Below, piece by piece: positions 34,291 through 48,540 of a stretch of 64,000 nucleotides of DNA. Position 1 is the first letter of the stretch; every line of letters starts with the position of its first letter. The DNA is from the human T2T-CHM13v2.0 reference genome, Homo sapiens. The position numbers were made by a program, and so were the translations under genes. The stretch lies in the NCBI RefSeq assembly GCF_009914755.1, contig NC_060935.1; one strand, 5' to 3'. The notes beneath the pieces are model-generated. The model worked only from the letters and a program-made list of their open reading frames with translations, was not told the DNA's origin and made no database searches.

Positions 34291-35794
34291 TAATCTACAG
34301 GGAATCCAAAGAAAGAGGAATAATATCCCCCTTGGTCACTGATCTGGGTCTAACCCCCTTCATTTTGCAGCTCTGATTATTCACAGCCATCAGATCACAT
34401 TTTCATTCAGTATCAGAAATTAGATGTTACTCAGACTCTTTTTCCATCAAAAAATTGCAGCATTTCTCCAGGAAACAGGGAAGAACAGTTCCCTCAGGCA
34501 AAATCAGTGGCTCCTCAGGACTCTTCCCTGATGGAAATGCATGGCTGTCTTGATGAATGTCTCTCGAAGCCACTGGCTGCCTGTCCGTGCGTATTTTAGA
34601 CCTCTTTGCTCCTTTCTGTCTGCTGTGGGTCTGTCTCTGCCTAGTCTTCCCTTGGACTGACTCTGTCTGTTTCTGGCAGTCTCCTCTTTTTTCTTTAGCA
34701 AAATTGCTTTCACAATGCAGCAACAACTTCCCACCTGCAGTGGAACCACATATTTTGAAAGGAACATGAGTTTACAGACAAAGAATCCTTTACTTTCACC
34801 AATTCTTGATTTCTTCCCCCTCAGGCACTTTTGTCACAGACGAATTTTTTGTCCACATTGCTGACAAGGGTGGTCGAGCCTGGCTTACGGCGGTCAGGAT
34901 TGGGGTGGCAGGAGTACAGACAGAGCTGCACTGGGTGTTAGGGTCACTAGCAACTCTGGGTTCCACACCAGACATTAGTGTTTCCAGCTGGGATAATTTC
35001 ATCTTGCATTGACTCAAAAATTGCTGTGATTTTGGTCTATAAACAGCTCGGAGAATGGGTTAGGGAAGAAAAAGCAGAGGCCTTTGATTCCAGCATTTAG
35101 AGAAGTTTCAGGCTTCCACACCTGGGAGGAGGCAGAAAAATGAAAGGAAGATCACTCTGCACTTGGGCATAAATGAAGGCAGCTGATACCCACTCACTAG
35201 CTGTAACATCATCCCCTCCTTTTCCAAAGTGCTAATTCATTAAAACTAATGAGGCCCCTATGCTGCCTAAGCTGAATGCTGATCAGACTCCCGGCATGCA
35301 CCTGCCGTAGTGCTGGCTCTTAGTCCTCCCATGCCCAAAGTGGGGAGTGACAGAGGCTCTGGGGCCTCTAGGGCAACGCGGAGAACTGGTGTGGACTTGA
35401 CAGAGCTGGCACTTGATTTGCATACAATGACATGCCGCCTGGTTCATGTTAAAACGCACAGATGGACTTACCCTAATTCTGCAACGGACCTACTTCCCGC
35501 CGGGCCCCATTGTCCTGTCTGTTGAGCAGTCGTCTGAGAACACCTTTCCTACACGTGGCACAGGTGCATTTCCAAAAGTCACCCACACTTCCTGCCTGAT
35601 CACAGGTGGAAGGGAGGAGTGCTGCTAGGGAGGAGTGGACTAGGGAGGTGGCAATTAATGTTTTGTCATCCTCAAAAGAGTGGAATTCCCATTGTGACCC
35701 TGTTTGAAAAGAGGGCATGAAGACAGGTGCAAGGTGAGAAAAAGGTAGCAGTGAGATATACCTGATCCTCCTTCGTGTGGTAGCTTATCTCCTT

Positions 35795-36230
35795 CATCCC
35801 GTAAGTGTTTACTGAGCACCTACAATGGGCCAAGAAATGCTCTAGGCACTGCAGAAATGTGTCAAGGGGGACAGCAGTGTCCCTTGTTCTCTCAGAGCTT
35901 ATTCTCTTGGGTGAGATATACAATTTAAGCAGTAAAATAATATGAAATTAAATAAGTTAGGGACGTATACTGAGAGTGATGGGGGTGGGCAGTGCATGGA
36001 GAACAGCATCAGTCTAAATGGTCAGGGAAGCCTTATCTGAGCTGATATTAGAGCCACAACTAGCAGAACGAGACGGTTAGGTTTGCAGTAAGTGAATACG
36101 TAGAGTGGGGGCAAGCCCTCAGGACTGAATACGCCCCTCTTTTTGAGGCAAGGGGAGGGTGGGCAGTTGGTAGGGGTCAGAACATGTAGGTTTCCTAGGC
36201 CATAGTAAGGAGATTTTTATTCTTCATTCG
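35795..36230 (-). mobile_element. L2 3' fragment
   Basis: gtttactgagcacctac...gctctaggcactgcag...gagcttattct. Confidence 0.75.
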
Positions 36231-36779
36231 CCACATCTGCAAGGGTGAAATCTTACAGCACATGGGACATGCATTCTAAATTCTCTTAGGACATCCTCCA
36301 GGGTGTCGCCTAATATGTTCTACTGTGGATAAAGTCAGGCCTTCCTGGTCTGTCCGCTTTTACTCCCCTCAGAGTTGGTACAGCTTCGATCCAGACGTAG
36401 ACCCTAAAATGCCAGGAGAGTACAGTCCCCTCAAATCCTGGGGACCATTAATAGCAACATCCGCCACCACTGGCTTCCAGTGTGGAAGAAAGGAAGTCTC
36501 TGCTTGGCAGCCAGTTACCCTGACAAACTTCTCTATTTTGAGACAAGGATCTCCAGCTCCTTTCACCAGAATTTTGAAACAGATCTTGCAGACAGAGGAC
36601 CAAGGTTTCACTCACCAAAGGTTAAAAGGGGACCTAGGAGCCTCCAAAGATGCCGGGCATGTCCCTGAATTTGCCTCCTGTCAGGTCAGCAGACAACAAA
36701 CAAGAAAATCATGAGGTTTGGTCCCTTTGGCTTTGGTCACAGCCTGTCCCCTCATCCCTCTTCCTTCCACTTCTCCTAA

Positions 36780-37540
36780 GAGTCTGGCTTCTTCTGTATC
36801 TGCTCCACCTCCTTCAATCAGCTCCCAAAGGTTTTTGATTCTGTATCCATAACAACGTTGGTGTCTGTCTTATTTTTTTTCATGTCAGTTACAACTATCC
36901 AAGTTCAGGCTCTAGTTGATTGTCTCCTGACTAGTTTTTTTTCACACTTACAATTGTTCTCTGCCTCCAGCCATAAACCCTTCACACTTGTGCTCCTTGG
37001 TGGAACTTCCTCCAATACAGATCTAATCATGTTACCTGCCCACTTAGGAAACCATGGAAGATTCCTCAATGTCTATGTTAAAGGATAAAAATCAAGATTC
37101 CTTGGCGCCAGGTTTTTTTATTTTATTATTTTATTATTTTGGGGATGGTATCTCATTCTGTCACCCAGGCTGGAGTGCAACTGCATGATCACAGCTCACT
37201 GCAGCCTCCAACTCCTGAGATCACACATTCCTCCTCCCTCAGCCTCCTCAGTAGCTGAGACTGCAGGTGCAACCCACCACACCTGGCTAATTTTTGTGTT
37301 TTTTTTTTTTTTTTGTATAGCTGGGGACTCGCTATGTTGCCCAGGCTGGTCTTAAATCCTTGGGTTCATGCAATCCTCACCTATCAGCCTCCCAAAGCAC
37401 TAGGATTATAGGTGTGAGCCAACACACCCAGCCCTGGTTTTTAAATCTGATCCACCTCTCATTTCTAGTTTTACTGATCCCCACCCTCACACCCAATCCT
37501 TGCTACAGCCATCTATAATATTCCTACTCATTCCTTAAGT
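36780..37540 (+). mobile_element. L2 fragment interrupted by AluJ
   Basis: Pyrimidine-rich L2 body: tccaagttcaggc...cagatctaatcatgtta...ggataaaaatcaagattcctt. Confidence 0.6.
37113..37433 (-). mobile_element. AluJ
   Basis: atcacagctcactgcagcctcc, tcgctatgttgcccaggctgg; high divergence. Confidence 0.93.
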
Positions 37541-37617
37541 TCTAGCTAGAGTACGAGGTCCTCCATGTTTTGAGTACTCTGGAAGTAGAATTGGTCTCAG
37601 CGATGTGCACGTCCCTA

Positions 37618-37835
37618 GCGCATAATGTGGTGACTGGGAGCTGCAGCTCTGGATTAGACCCAGCTCCCCATGAACTTGCTGTGTGACCATGAGCAAATAA
37701 TTAAACCTCTATGACTCAGTGTTTCCTTTTCTATAAAATGGGATGATAATTTCATCCTCATAGAATGATAGTTAAGCATTAAATAAAATACTCCATATAA
37801 AGAAGAATGCCTTGCACATAATATGCGTTTAATAA
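37618..37835 (+). mobile_element. MIR
   Basis: gctgtgtgaccatgagcaaataattaaacctct...taaaatgggatgataat. Confidence 0.8.
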
Positions 37836-38195
37836 AAATCTGTCAGTCAACAAATATTTATTCAGTGCCTACAGTTTTCTAGCACAGAGTTGTATAAGAC
37901 AGGCAGCATCTCTCATGGAACTTACAATAAACGTGTGAACAAATAAATCAATTAGATAAGTTTAGGTACTGACGAGAAAGGATAAAATAAAGATCTATGG
38001 TAGATAGTGCCTTTAGCTATGGGATTTGAGAAAGGCTACACTGTGGAATAACATTTTAGTTAGTTTTATTACCTCTATCATAGTGCTTAATATAGTCAAC
38101 CTATGTTGATTCTGTTTAATTGGCCACAAATCGATTTCCCAAAAGACAGTGCATTGATGTGGACAAATTGACTGCCTCTTCTTATATTAGAGGTT

Positions 38196-38656
38196 GTGGC
38201 AGAGAGTTCCAGTCACTCACCTCATATCTGTTCTTCTGCCCTCAACTGTATTAACAGAGCCCAGGTTTTATTTGGGGTGTCAGAGGGGCACATTTCCCAG
38301 CTTGCCTTGTAGATAGGAAAGTCCGTGTAATATTATTTTTGCCAATATGTAGGAGGAAGTTCTAGTGTAAGACCTCCAGGAGAGCTCCCTAAAAGAGGAG
38401 GGGTAGATACAGCTGCCGTGTGCTTTTGCCCTTTGCTTTTCCCTGTTTCCAGGCTAGGAGACAGATGTAATGCTGGAGGTACAACGGCCATCTTGGGTCC
38501 ACAAGGCAACAACATTATCCTATTCCGAATGAAAACACAGAAGGATTCTGGGTTTCTGAAGACATCCTGGAGTCACCATACTAGCCCTGGACTCACCCCT
38601 TATTTCAGAATAAAAATTAAAACCCTAATTTGTCATTGAAAGCAATTCCAAATACA
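38196..38656 (+). mobile_element. MLT1J-like solo LTR
   Basis: tgtggcaga start; cacatttcccagcttgccttg; gctggaggtacaacggccatcttgg; end aaagcaattccaaataca. Confidence 0.75.
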
Positions 38657-38763
38657 AAGGTATTTTTGCATCAATTGATTCTTTCCACTTACCTAGGCCT
38701 GCCCAAGGAGCAGGTCATACTACACTTTGGTTATTTTTGTAGGCCTCACTTTGCTTTGCATGA

Positions 38764-39113
<350 letters not shown>

Positions 39114-39757
39114 TGTTGGTTGAATTTTAATGACAGGTACTTATGCTCAGATTTTTCATAAAATTTTCATAAAGTCTGGACCTCTTTCATTATCTTTCAC
39201 TCTCAGGATTGTGGCCTGATGTTCTCGTGTCAGGGATAAGGGATTACTAATACCCTTTCTGGCTGAAAACCCCCGTTCCATGTAGATGCCCTTCTCTCCA
39301 CGGTCACTGGAACCCCAAGTTTATTGTTTATGCTCCTGCAGCATGATCAGAATATTTGGACCTCTTTCCTCCTGTGGCCTCAGATGAAAGTGAGCCCTGT
39401 GCCAGCTTCCCTCCTCAATCTCGCCATCTGTATTCCTCATGCAGTATTATACACATATATACATTCAGTAATACACATGAGCTCCCTGGAGGTACAGAGG
39501 TTCACATGCTGCCCCTGGCAGGATGACCTGGATTCCACTCCTGGCTCTGGATCTTAGATATTTTGTGACCTTGAGAAAGTTTACTTTCCCTCCCTGTCCC
39601 TGAATATTCCCATCTCTCACAAAGATAATGATTCCTTCTTATGCCACACCAGCTTGATGTGTGGGTTAAATAAACTTATCTTATTTTCAAAAGCCTTGGG
39701 TGTAAAATACTCAATAGTAAAAACAAACAAAACACTTAATAGTCGTGATACTCAGTG

Positions 39758-39925
39758 AGAGGATGCTAAGTGTTCCCACCACAAAAATAATAACTATGTG
39801 ACATAATGAATTTGTAAATTAGCTAGACTGAACCATGCCACAATGTTGCTTTACATCAAAACATGGTATACATGATAACTACATGCAACATTATATCTGT
39901 CAGTTTAAAAACAAATAAATAAACG
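39758..39925 (+). mobile_element. L1MA 3' terminal fragment
   Basis: agtgttcccaccacaaaaataataactatgtgacataatg...atctgtcagtttaaaacaaataaataaa. Confidence 0.8.
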
Positions 39926-40119
39926 TAGCTTTGATTAATATAAGAAAAAAGTGATGCTCAACAGTTCATGTCATTTCCGTTCTTCTTAATTCTGATTTTC
40001 TTTCCCCAAAGGTCTTAGCTTCTTTTCTTTAGTGTCCTTGCTGCAGAAACTGCCTAGCACATTTTGTTTCTCTATTATTGTCTTCATCATCATCTTACCT
40101 ATCTAAGGCTTGGTTCTTG

Positions 40120-40625
40120 TAGTGGCAATTTTGTATTTGGTTGCGAATAACAGAAGTCCCAATTATTGTGCAGCATTTAAAAAAACAGGTGTTTGTAAGA
40201 GTCACTTATTAAGAAGCCTAGAGGTGGGCAGTCCAGGGCTTACACAGCCTCTCAAAAGTGCCCCAGGAACCCAGGGCATCTCTTTTTGCTCTGCCACTAT
40301 ACGTGCAGATGGACTGCTGTGTGGTGGAGGTTTTGCACCTACAAGACAAATGTCCAAACTACAGGAAGAATGAAGTGGGAACAACTGGGAAAAGGACTTT
40401 GTGCTAATGAAGATTTCTCTTTTTATTCAAAACGGTGAGCTCTTTCTAGATGTTCCTCCCACCAGTAACTCATTGACCAGAACTGTGCCATGAACCTCTT
40501 GCTTCAAGAGAATGAGGAGAAATGAATATTTTCAGCTGGACACATTGTCTTCCTGAATGCAGAAAGGTATTCTGTCCGTAAAGAAGAAGGCAGAAATTAG
40601 GTAGGCAATTAGCAGTGTCCACCAC
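40120..40625 (-). mobile_element. MLT1 (K/L-type) LTR
   Basis: ttggttgcgaataacagaa...ctcattgaccagaactgtgccatg...taggcaattagcagtgtcc. Confidence 0.65.
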
Positions 40626-40719
40626 GATTCTTTACTCAGTTTCAAAATTACAAAGCAACTCTACTCAGGTTTGAACTAGTCAAATGACTTAATTGGAAAC
40701 ACATGATCTTGGCAGAATT

Positions 40720-41598
40720 TTTTAAAAATAAATTTTATTTTTTAGAACAGTTTTAGAATCCTAGAAAGATTGTGAAGATAGCACAGAGTTTCCTCGATAC
40801 TTGGTACCCCATTTCCCCTATTGCTAACATTTTACATTAGTAAGGTATATTTGTTACAATGAATGAACTAACATTGACACATTGCTATTAATTAAAATTT
40901 ATAGTTCATTCAGATTTCCTCATGTCCTTTTTCTGTTTCAGGATCCCATCCAAGATACCACATTGCGTTTAGTTGTAATGTCTCTTTAGGTTCCTGTTGG
41001 CTGTGAGAGTTTCTCAGACTCCCCTTGCTTTTGATGATCTTGGCAGTTTTGAGGAATACTGACTAGATATTTTGTAGACTGTGCCTCAGTTGGGGTTTGT
41101 CTGCTGTCTTACAATTATACTGGGGTAATGGGTTTTTGGGAGGAAGATCACAGAGGTAAAGTGCCATTTTCATCACGTGATTTCAAGAGTATATATTATA
41201 AACTTAACCTATCACTGTTTAATCTTAACATTGATCACCCGTCTGAGACAGTGTTCAGGCTTTTTTACTCCAAAGTTACTCTTTCTCCCTCCTTTCCATA
41301 CTGTACTCTTTGGAAGGAAATTTCTATATGTGGTCCACAATCAAAGAGTAAAGGGATTTGCTCCTCCTCCTTCAAGGCAGAGTTCACATAAATCATTTGG
41401 AATTCTGTGCACAAGAGATTGATCTTTTCTACCTTATTTATGTATGCATGTATATATTCAATCATTTATTTACATTAATAATGACTTATGAGCTTGAATT
41501 CTATACCTTGCATTATCATCCAATACTTTCTTATTTATTTTCTTTCTTAAATTCTTCCAGCTATGGCTGGGACACACAGACACACAGACAGACAGACA

Positions 41599-41641
<43 letters not shown>

Positions 41642-41840
41642 TGATGGAGGTAAGTCAAAGGGACACAGGAGCCAACCGAAAGAGCTTAGGGGCTCTAACA
41701 TACAAGATGCTTTGGGATCCTTGTATACTCCTTACCCCAATCCTAGAATCAGCCATTTCTCCAAGGAAACTTCCTTTTATTGGAGAATATTAAAAACCAA
41801 GATCTGAGGAATAGATGTGCTCATTGTGGTCAGTAGCCTT
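40720..41840 (-). mobile_element. L1MC 3' region
   Basis: ttttttagaacagttttaga...caggatcccatccaagataccacattgcgtttagttg...cacagaggtaaagtgccattttcatcac...gaatcagccatttctccaagga. Confidence 0.88.
41572..41639. repeat. (CAGA)n(CA)n microsatellite
   Basis: Seen directly. Confidence 0.96.
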
Positions 41841-43129
41841 TAATTACAGACTTAAGACTTCCTTCCCCATCTGTCAGGTAAGTAATTATTTTGCTCCTCT
41901 GCCCACCTCTGGGTTCTTTCTCTTTGACTACATGGAATTGAGATCAACAGGAATGCTGGGCTCTCAAAAGTTAGGGTAGAATGAATATGAAAAAAAGAGG
42001 CATGTCTCCATAAAAGAGAATTTGCTTGGAAAGACTTGTAAGAAATAATTTGCTTGGAAGAATGCTGAACTGAGAGGCTCCTGAATGTTAGAGAAATTTG
42101 CTAGCCCAAACTTTCACATTTCTCAACTCTTAAGAAGTAAAGTGACTGATCCAGGGTCATGCAACCAGTTAGTGGCAGAACCGTGGTTAGACTGTAAATC
42201 TCCAGATTTTTCCCTATTGCTCTCTTCCCCAAAACACTCTGCTGGTGAATTTCAATGATGTTTTCACCCCCCAGGTTAGTGCAGGACTGGCCACTGCCTT
42301 GATGTGACCCTTACCAGGCAGAAACCTCAGTTTGCTGAGGACAGAGCTGGATGTTGACACTCTGCACTACGTTTTCAGGGCTGTGTGATAAGCAAACACA
42401 GAGATGTTAGACACCAAGCTAACCATGTAGAGAGCAACTCTGTGCCCACACGGGCAGGGGGGCAGCATCTGTCATGCTGACAATGAGGCGCCAACACGGA
42501 TGTCTCACCTCAGGGGTCCCCAGCGTCCCCCCACCTCTGCCACTCCTATTGGAAGAAGAACGCTGAGTTGGGATGTGAGGCTGTTTGCATGATGTTGTTT
42601 TTCTGATGTAACTTCTCTTGGTTTCCTACCTCCCTTTTCTCTGCCTCCTGCCCTCCCTCTTGGGAGCAATTTATGTGTCTCTGGCTCATTTTAGACAGAG
42701 AAAGAGTGCTAATTAGCTGTCTGATTCATCCCAGGCCACCTGTCCCAGGACACTTGACAGTAAGACCAGACTGGGTGTGGTCCTGAACACCAGGGCAGGG
42801 AGACTCCCAGGGGTCCAGACAATCCCCCAGCTGACGTTGGCCATAGATCATGTCACATGATGGGTGGGAAGGAATATTCTGCTCCCAGAAGGATTGTCCC
42901 CAACACCCCATTTCCTGTATTCTAGTCACGTGGGCATGACAGATGCCGCCCCCCCTGCCCATGAGGGGGCTTTTAATTCATTTCTCCCCTCAAGTGAAAT
43001 TCACTCCCATAGGATGCCTCACCAGCTGATGGTCCTGGGGAGTGGGATAGTGCATTTGCCTACAGAACTCCCACCCATTCAGTCCTCAGGGAGAAATCTC
43101 AGGAAAACATCTTGAAAGTGTTGTCTGTA

Positions 43130-43570
43130 CTGATGATAGTGACTTTCTCACCTCCCTTCTCTCCACATCCCACCAAATCAGGCATCCGTGCCTGCTCCTA
43201 CCATGAAACTGCCCCAGTCGAGGTCTGAACAACCTCACAATGCCAGGCGCAATATCCCCTCCTGCCCTTCCCCTCACTCTCTCTGCAGCATTCAATGCCA
43301 TTGACATCTCCTTTCTTGAATCATTGTTTCCTCCTGGCCTTGGGCACAACTGGCTCTCCTTCCACCTTGCTATCTATTCCTTCCCCGTCTCCATTACTGG
43401 TGCCCACTGCCCTGTCGAGCCACTTCCCATCTCCATCTATCTTTCTCATGAAATGCGATTTATCCAGCCCCATGACTTACTACTGTCTATATGCTGAGGA
43501 CTCCTTAGCCTTTCCCCTGTGTCCAAATTCAAATGCCCAGCAATTTAGTATCTCTGCTTGGTCAGCAAGC
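43130..43570 (+). mobile_element. L2 internal (RT-region) fragment
   Basis: ctctctgcagcattcaatgccattgac...ctttcttgaa; tctatatgctgaggactcc (YA[D/E]D-like). Confidence 0.7.
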
Positions 43571-43729
43571 CACAGGCCTGGAATCCCCTAATAAATTTTG
43601 GACTATTGCAGTAATCATCATTAAGCTAATGTAAACACCATGACCAGGCCCTAAGTAGATTTCTATTCTTTATATGACTTTGGATTACTTCTTATTCCTT
43701 GGGTTTCCTGTCTTATTATATATTGATTA

Positions 43730-43990
43730 ATGACAATAATAATAATAATAACAGCAACAACTAAGCTGTTAATTTCTTACTATGTGCCACAAACTGTGCC
43801 CAACACCTCATATGCACCAATCCATGTGGACCCACATGCAACCCATGAGGGAGATATTTTTATCCCCCATTTTGCAGCTCACAACGCTCAGGCTCAGAGA
43901 GATTCAAGCACTTGTTTAGGTCACAGGACTGGAAGTAACAGAGGCAGAATTAAAACCTGTTTGCTTGACTCACTCTCCTTACTAGCTGCC
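43730..43990 (-). mobile_element. MIR
   Basis: tactatgtgcca...tatcccccattttgcag...ggctcagagagatt. Confidence 0.8.
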
Positions 43991-44661
43991 TCTTCTTATT
44001 AACCCGTTCCTCAGCTACAACTAATTTTGGGCCCAAACCTGCTTTTTGAGGCCACTGGTGTGCCTCTCCAGGCTTGCTATGTCTTTTCACCTCTGAGTCT
44101 TAGCTTGGGAGTTCCTGTACGTGTCTAATACACTGTAGATGTCAGACAGTCTAATAAAATAATTTTTGCCCCCCTGAAGAATTGAGCACAATTTGTGCAG
44201 AAGAGAAGGGGTAGAGGGCAATTATAAGAAGGCTGTAGGAGAAAGCCTAGGTCCAGAGAGTGTTGAACCCTAGTCCACCAGCAGTGAATTGCCCAGGGAA
44301 CAGTCTATCCGGGTCTGTGCCATCAGAGCCATCAAATGTAATCAGATGTCAAAGAAATCTGTTAAGCTGAGTGAGGTGAGAGCCCAGAGAGGGCAGAGGA
44401 CTTGCATTGAGATGGATAGCTCACTCACAGATCTCTCCAGAGAAAGTGTTTCTATCCTTTCCTTTTCTTGGGAACAAATAGAGAAAATTTTATTCAGGTC
44501 CCTAAGAGCTCCTAATCTATAAAGATCCATAATCCCAATGCATCATCATCATCACAATGCATCTCAGAAAAAAATGAAAGGACCTGATTCTTACAGTTTT
44601 CAATCTGGGTTCCACAGGGACCTGGGGTTCCAATAGAACTGGGAGACCTAGGGAGTCTTAG

Positions 44662-45042
<381 letters not shown>

Positions 45043-45069
45043 AAAATTAAAAAGAGTTTTTTTTGAAGA

Positions 45070-45280
45070 AGAAGAATGAGTATAAAGACAATAGGTTTTA
45101 ACATCAGAAAGGCCTAAGTTGCGCTTTTGATTCTGCAGCTTATTAAAGTCTGTAAGCCTCCATTTTCTCATAAGTAAAATAGGGATGATACCCTGTACAT
45201 CTCCAAGTCGTAGTAAGAAGCAAATGAAATAGTGTGTGAATGTGCCTGGCAGAACGCTTGCTATGGAATACATATCCAGT
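45070..45280 (+). mobile_element. MIR
   Basis: agcctccattttctcataagtaaaatagggatgata...tgtgaatgtgcctggca. Confidence 0.65.
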
Positions 45281-47419
45281 CAACTCCACCCTTCTTCCTT
45301 GTCTTTTCTTCCATGACATCCACTACCCAGGAACCGCAGAAACGGCCGTGGGTTTCAACGGGTGCTGACTGCCCCTAAACAGAAAATGATGTTTCCATGG
45401 TCTCTCTCACCATCAGTTCAATAAGACAGAAACATCCAATTTAATAAGCCAAAAAGCCTCTGACCACACAAAGCAGCCATCACAAAGCCCTGCCTCTGTT
45501 AAACCCAGCAGCAGACCCCTTCAGGATGTCATTGAGGGCCTCACTGATTCATCTCGAATGTATCAGCTCAGGAAGTGGGTCTTATAGCTCCCAGCGCTGA
45601 CAGCAGCACACACAGAAACAACCCAGCAGAAGAAAGGCAGCAAGGCTGTTAGAGGTAGATATCCTCACAGCAAGGGCAGTGGAAGCTGATCTGACGTGAA
45701 GAGAGGAGTTGGAGCAACTAACAAGCAGGTGCAGATAGATCACAGCTCAGTGAAATGATGATCAGTAGCCTCTGTTTAAGGAGGAAGGAGAGTGTGTAAT
45801 GTGTTTTTGAGAAATGTCTACTAAAAATGATTGAGTTTTTTAAAGAAATGAGTTTGGCTCCTGAAAGGATAGGATTCCGTTATCGAGTTAGTTTGTGTAA
45901 ATTCTAAAAATGCACAGATAAATGAGGCGTCACTCCACTTAAACTCAGTCCCTAGACTTGTGGGGTCCATTCCAGGCAGTGGATTGAACGGGAACAAGAC
46001 TATTATTGGTTGATCTCTGGCAGAGGGGAAGATGCCAGGCTTCTTGAAGAAGTTCCCTACAGCAAAACCTAGCAATAGGGACCACCCTCTGGAACCGAGT
46101 GAGGGAAGGAGGGTGGGGAGACATCCAAGCTTGAAATGGCAGATGGTTTAGTCCAGAGTAAAGTGTGATTCATTAGTTTTTATGTATCTTCAGTGAACAG
46201 AGATGGGAAGAAAGGTGCAAGTGTCAAATCACTCATTTAATTATTTTGTAAAACTCTTCTGAGGGTCCTGAGTGGTTGCAACATAGACTATCATGTATCC
46301 ACAGGTGTGAAATTGCTTTGGAGCAGGGGCTTCAGAACAACAGTCAGTCCATGAGGACTGCTGAGGGTGTTAGGGTCAAAGTGCGTCCCCTGACTTCCCA
46401 AGGGGTGGAGCCCACACACCTGAACACAGTTTGCAAAGGAGCCTTGCAGCTGCCCACACCCCTTGAGGTGGGGAGACCCAGTGGCTTTCCCCTAGACTTG
46501 GTGGAGAGCAATCTTGGCTTCCAACACTCTAGAAGAGCTGCCACACCACATTAGACACACATTTGTCCCTTGCTGGGAACAGTTTGGGACAATAGTTCTT
46601 CTTTGTTTGAGACCCACCCCAGTGAGAAACTAATCAGGGCTGGGGTAGCGGGGCATGGTGGAGTCTTGATCCAAATGTGTGAATGCCCAAAATTTGCATT
46701 TAATTTCAGGGAAGCCCCAATCTTCTTGAAGCCCTGGTCAAAAGGCCTTTCCAAGCCCAGCATCAACGGCTTTCCAAGTCCTCTTGGCTTCCACTCTGAT
46801 CAGCTTTCTTATTCCCTGTCCTGACCTTGTCAAAGGCTCCTCCAGCTCCCGCCTCTTGCCTGGCGGCTGTGGTCTCCATACCCTTGGCTGAAACTCTTAA
46901 CCACTCATTAAGAATCTTCCACAGTGACATCTGGAGGGAACAGCGATTGCCTCCCTTTTCCTTACCCTTCTCCTTGGTTGAACTTCTGCGACACGTGGTT
47001 CTCTTCTTACAAGGAATGAGTCATTCTTGGGGAACTGGCCTAAGCCCCACAACCTTGCAGGGTCCCCAGACTCCCTGGTGGACCCTGAACTCACAGTCTA
47101 GCTCTCACGTACTCTCTTGCAGAGGGGTTTTACAAAAGTCATGGGTGTCCCTCTCTCCAGCCCCAGCTCCCCAGGCACTCTCAGTAAAGCCAGGCACCTG
47201 CAGCCATGTCAAACTCTAAGGGCCCTAGAGGGTTACCAGTGAGCATCAGTGAGCTACCTGCCCAGACACAGTGAGGCTGAGACCAATACACTGGGCATTC
47301 AACCCCACACCAGCAGTTCTCAGGCTCATTCACAAGGGGTTGTCACAAGTAATTTGTTACCTAAAGTGAGCACCAACATTTGCAAGTTGCTTGCTTTATC
47401 AAACAGTTTGGGAAGCAGA

Positions 47420-47670
47420 ATAGCAAAGTTGTTTTGAGCAGACACTTAGGAGTCCAGCAAAGTCAAAATTCTGGCCCCACCACTAGTTGTTTTTGTGATC
47501 TTGGGCAAGTTACTTTACCTCTTTAGCTCTCAGTCTACCTGTTAGTAAAATGGCATTAAAGTGTCTGCCTCCTAAGGGTTATTGTGAGGATTAAGTGAGG
47601 CAAAATGTCAAGTGCTCAGCACAACATCTAGCATAGATGCTACCAATAAATGCTGGCTAAAGTTAGTGTT
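47420..47670 (+). mobile_element. MIR
   Basis: gtgatcttgggcaagttactttacctct...agggttattgtgaggattaagtgag. Confidence 0.85.
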
Positions 47671-47939
47671 TGCATTCATACTTGGATTCATATATAGATA
47701 TAAATTCAGCAGTCTCCCTGTAAAAACTGTACCTTCTTTCCCTTTGACAGGCTTTCCTACAGCAAGGGGAGAAAAAAGGTGAAATTGCAGGCTATACATA
47801 AAGAACTGAACCTAATAACAGCCTATCTTATTTTTGTCACATCTACAAGTGAGTTATCATCACTGATGCACTAATAGTATTTGTGGTGGTTATGGTTTAT
47901 TATAATCCCTTATTTTTCCACAGAACAAATATAAATTAT

Positions 47940-47992
47940 GAGAGAGAGAGAGAGAGTGTGTGTGTGTGTGTGTGTGTGCGTGTGTGTGTGTG
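47940..47992. repeat. (GA)n(GT)n compound microsatellite
   Basis: Seen directly. Confidence 0.96.
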
Positions 47993-48229
47993 TCTTTCCT
48001 CCCTCATTGTGGCTACACTCAGAGCGTGTGTCTCAGGCACAAGCCTCATCTGCCAAGGATGTTGGGCAGACGGAGGCTGACAACAGCAACACACCTGTGA
48101 TCTCTGTGTGTCCCTCTGTAAGGCCTGAGCCATGATGTCCTGCAGGTAGGGGGAGGAGGCTGCTCAGGATGCGGAGTGGGCCGCTGTCCCCGGCAGCCAG
48201 CCCCAGGCCCTGCTGGCCCCGGCAGAGCC

Positions 48230-48540
48230 AGGCCATACCTCAGCTGCTGTCTCCCATCTGATGAATATGGAGGAGCCTTCACCCGGCTCTGATTGCTGTT
48301 GGGCTTTGTTTCTCTTCGCTGCTTCCCTGCTCTCTGATCGGATGTCACTCTTTTTATTATTATTATTCCCTCTGTGTTGACAAGTGATTTAAACACTTCC
48401 CGGCGGGGGGGTGGGGAGAAAGGGTGGGGGTGGGTGGGGAATCTTTTCTTTGAATCCAGGGTGTTCGTTTTTCAGATTAGCAAATAAATGACTATGGGTG
48501 TATAATTAAAACTAATAGGTTAATTAGAGAACATTTAGAT
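48230..48540. promoter_or_regulatory. Candidate enhancer with FOX/NKX/homeobox motifs and a G-quadruplex
   Basis: TGTTGAC-AAGTG-ATT-TAAACA 48375-48395; six G-runs 48405-48439; gcaaata, taatta x2. Confidence 0.4.
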
